Source: Octopus vulgaris (taxonomy: Eukaryota). From it: 64,000 bases of DNA. Made by a program: the position numbers and the translations under genes. Within the stretch, counting starts at the first letter, position 1, and every line of letters starts with the position of its first letter. The notes under the pieces are model-generated. The model was not told the origin of the DNA. It worked only from the letters and a program-made list of their open reading frames with translations, and searched no databases. Below are positions 63,865 through 64,000 of this stretch, piece by piece. The stretch is taken from positions 95,976,001 to 96,040,000 of the forward strand of contig OX597819.1 of the NCBI GenBank assembly GCA_951406725.2, in the 5' to 3' direction.

Positions 63865-64000
63865 GGACATCATGCTCGGAATGGTCAGTGGTAAGAGGGG
63901 AAGAGGCTGACAAAGAACCTGCTGGCTTGACACCATCAAGAGGGATACCGGAATGGACATAGTCAATCTGAAAGAAGCGGCCCAGGATAGAACTGACTGG
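63865..64000 (+). mobile_element. RTE-type LINE 3' end, running off the window
   Basis: DIMLGMVSGKRGRG*QRTCWLDTI....NLKEAAQDRTDW (cf. GxRxRGRP..RWxD...A.DR..W). Confidence 0.7.

Overview
AT-rich, CpG-depleted eukaryotic DNA. The SINE families, (TA)n/(CA)n density and LINE remnants point to an octopus (coleoid cephalopod) genome; this is recognised from memory, not from a search. No intact protein-coding gene, rRNA, tRNA gene or CRISPR array is supportable. Most supplied ORFs are microsatellite or SINE read-through. The window is a mosaic of tRNA-derived SINEs, decayed RTE, CR1, R4/Dong and Penelope-like retroelements, Tc1/mariner fossils, and hAT, mariner and piggyBac-like MITEs. The most notable structure is a ~500-bp inverted-dimer insertion at 33190-33695 with a 12-bp target-site duplication. 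Each arm has a tRNA-like head, an (AAC/AAT)n linker and a Penelope-type minimal hammerhead ribozyme. Two more decayed hammerhead motifs face each other at 38.3-38.7 kb. Several minus-strand segments in non-repeat DNA are bounded by good splice signals, including a recursive-splice-like AG|GT pair at 15.5 kb, which may indicate a long, thinly exonic minus-strand transcript. There are also several foldback hairpins. Repeat boundaries are approximate unless TIRs or TSDs are quoted.
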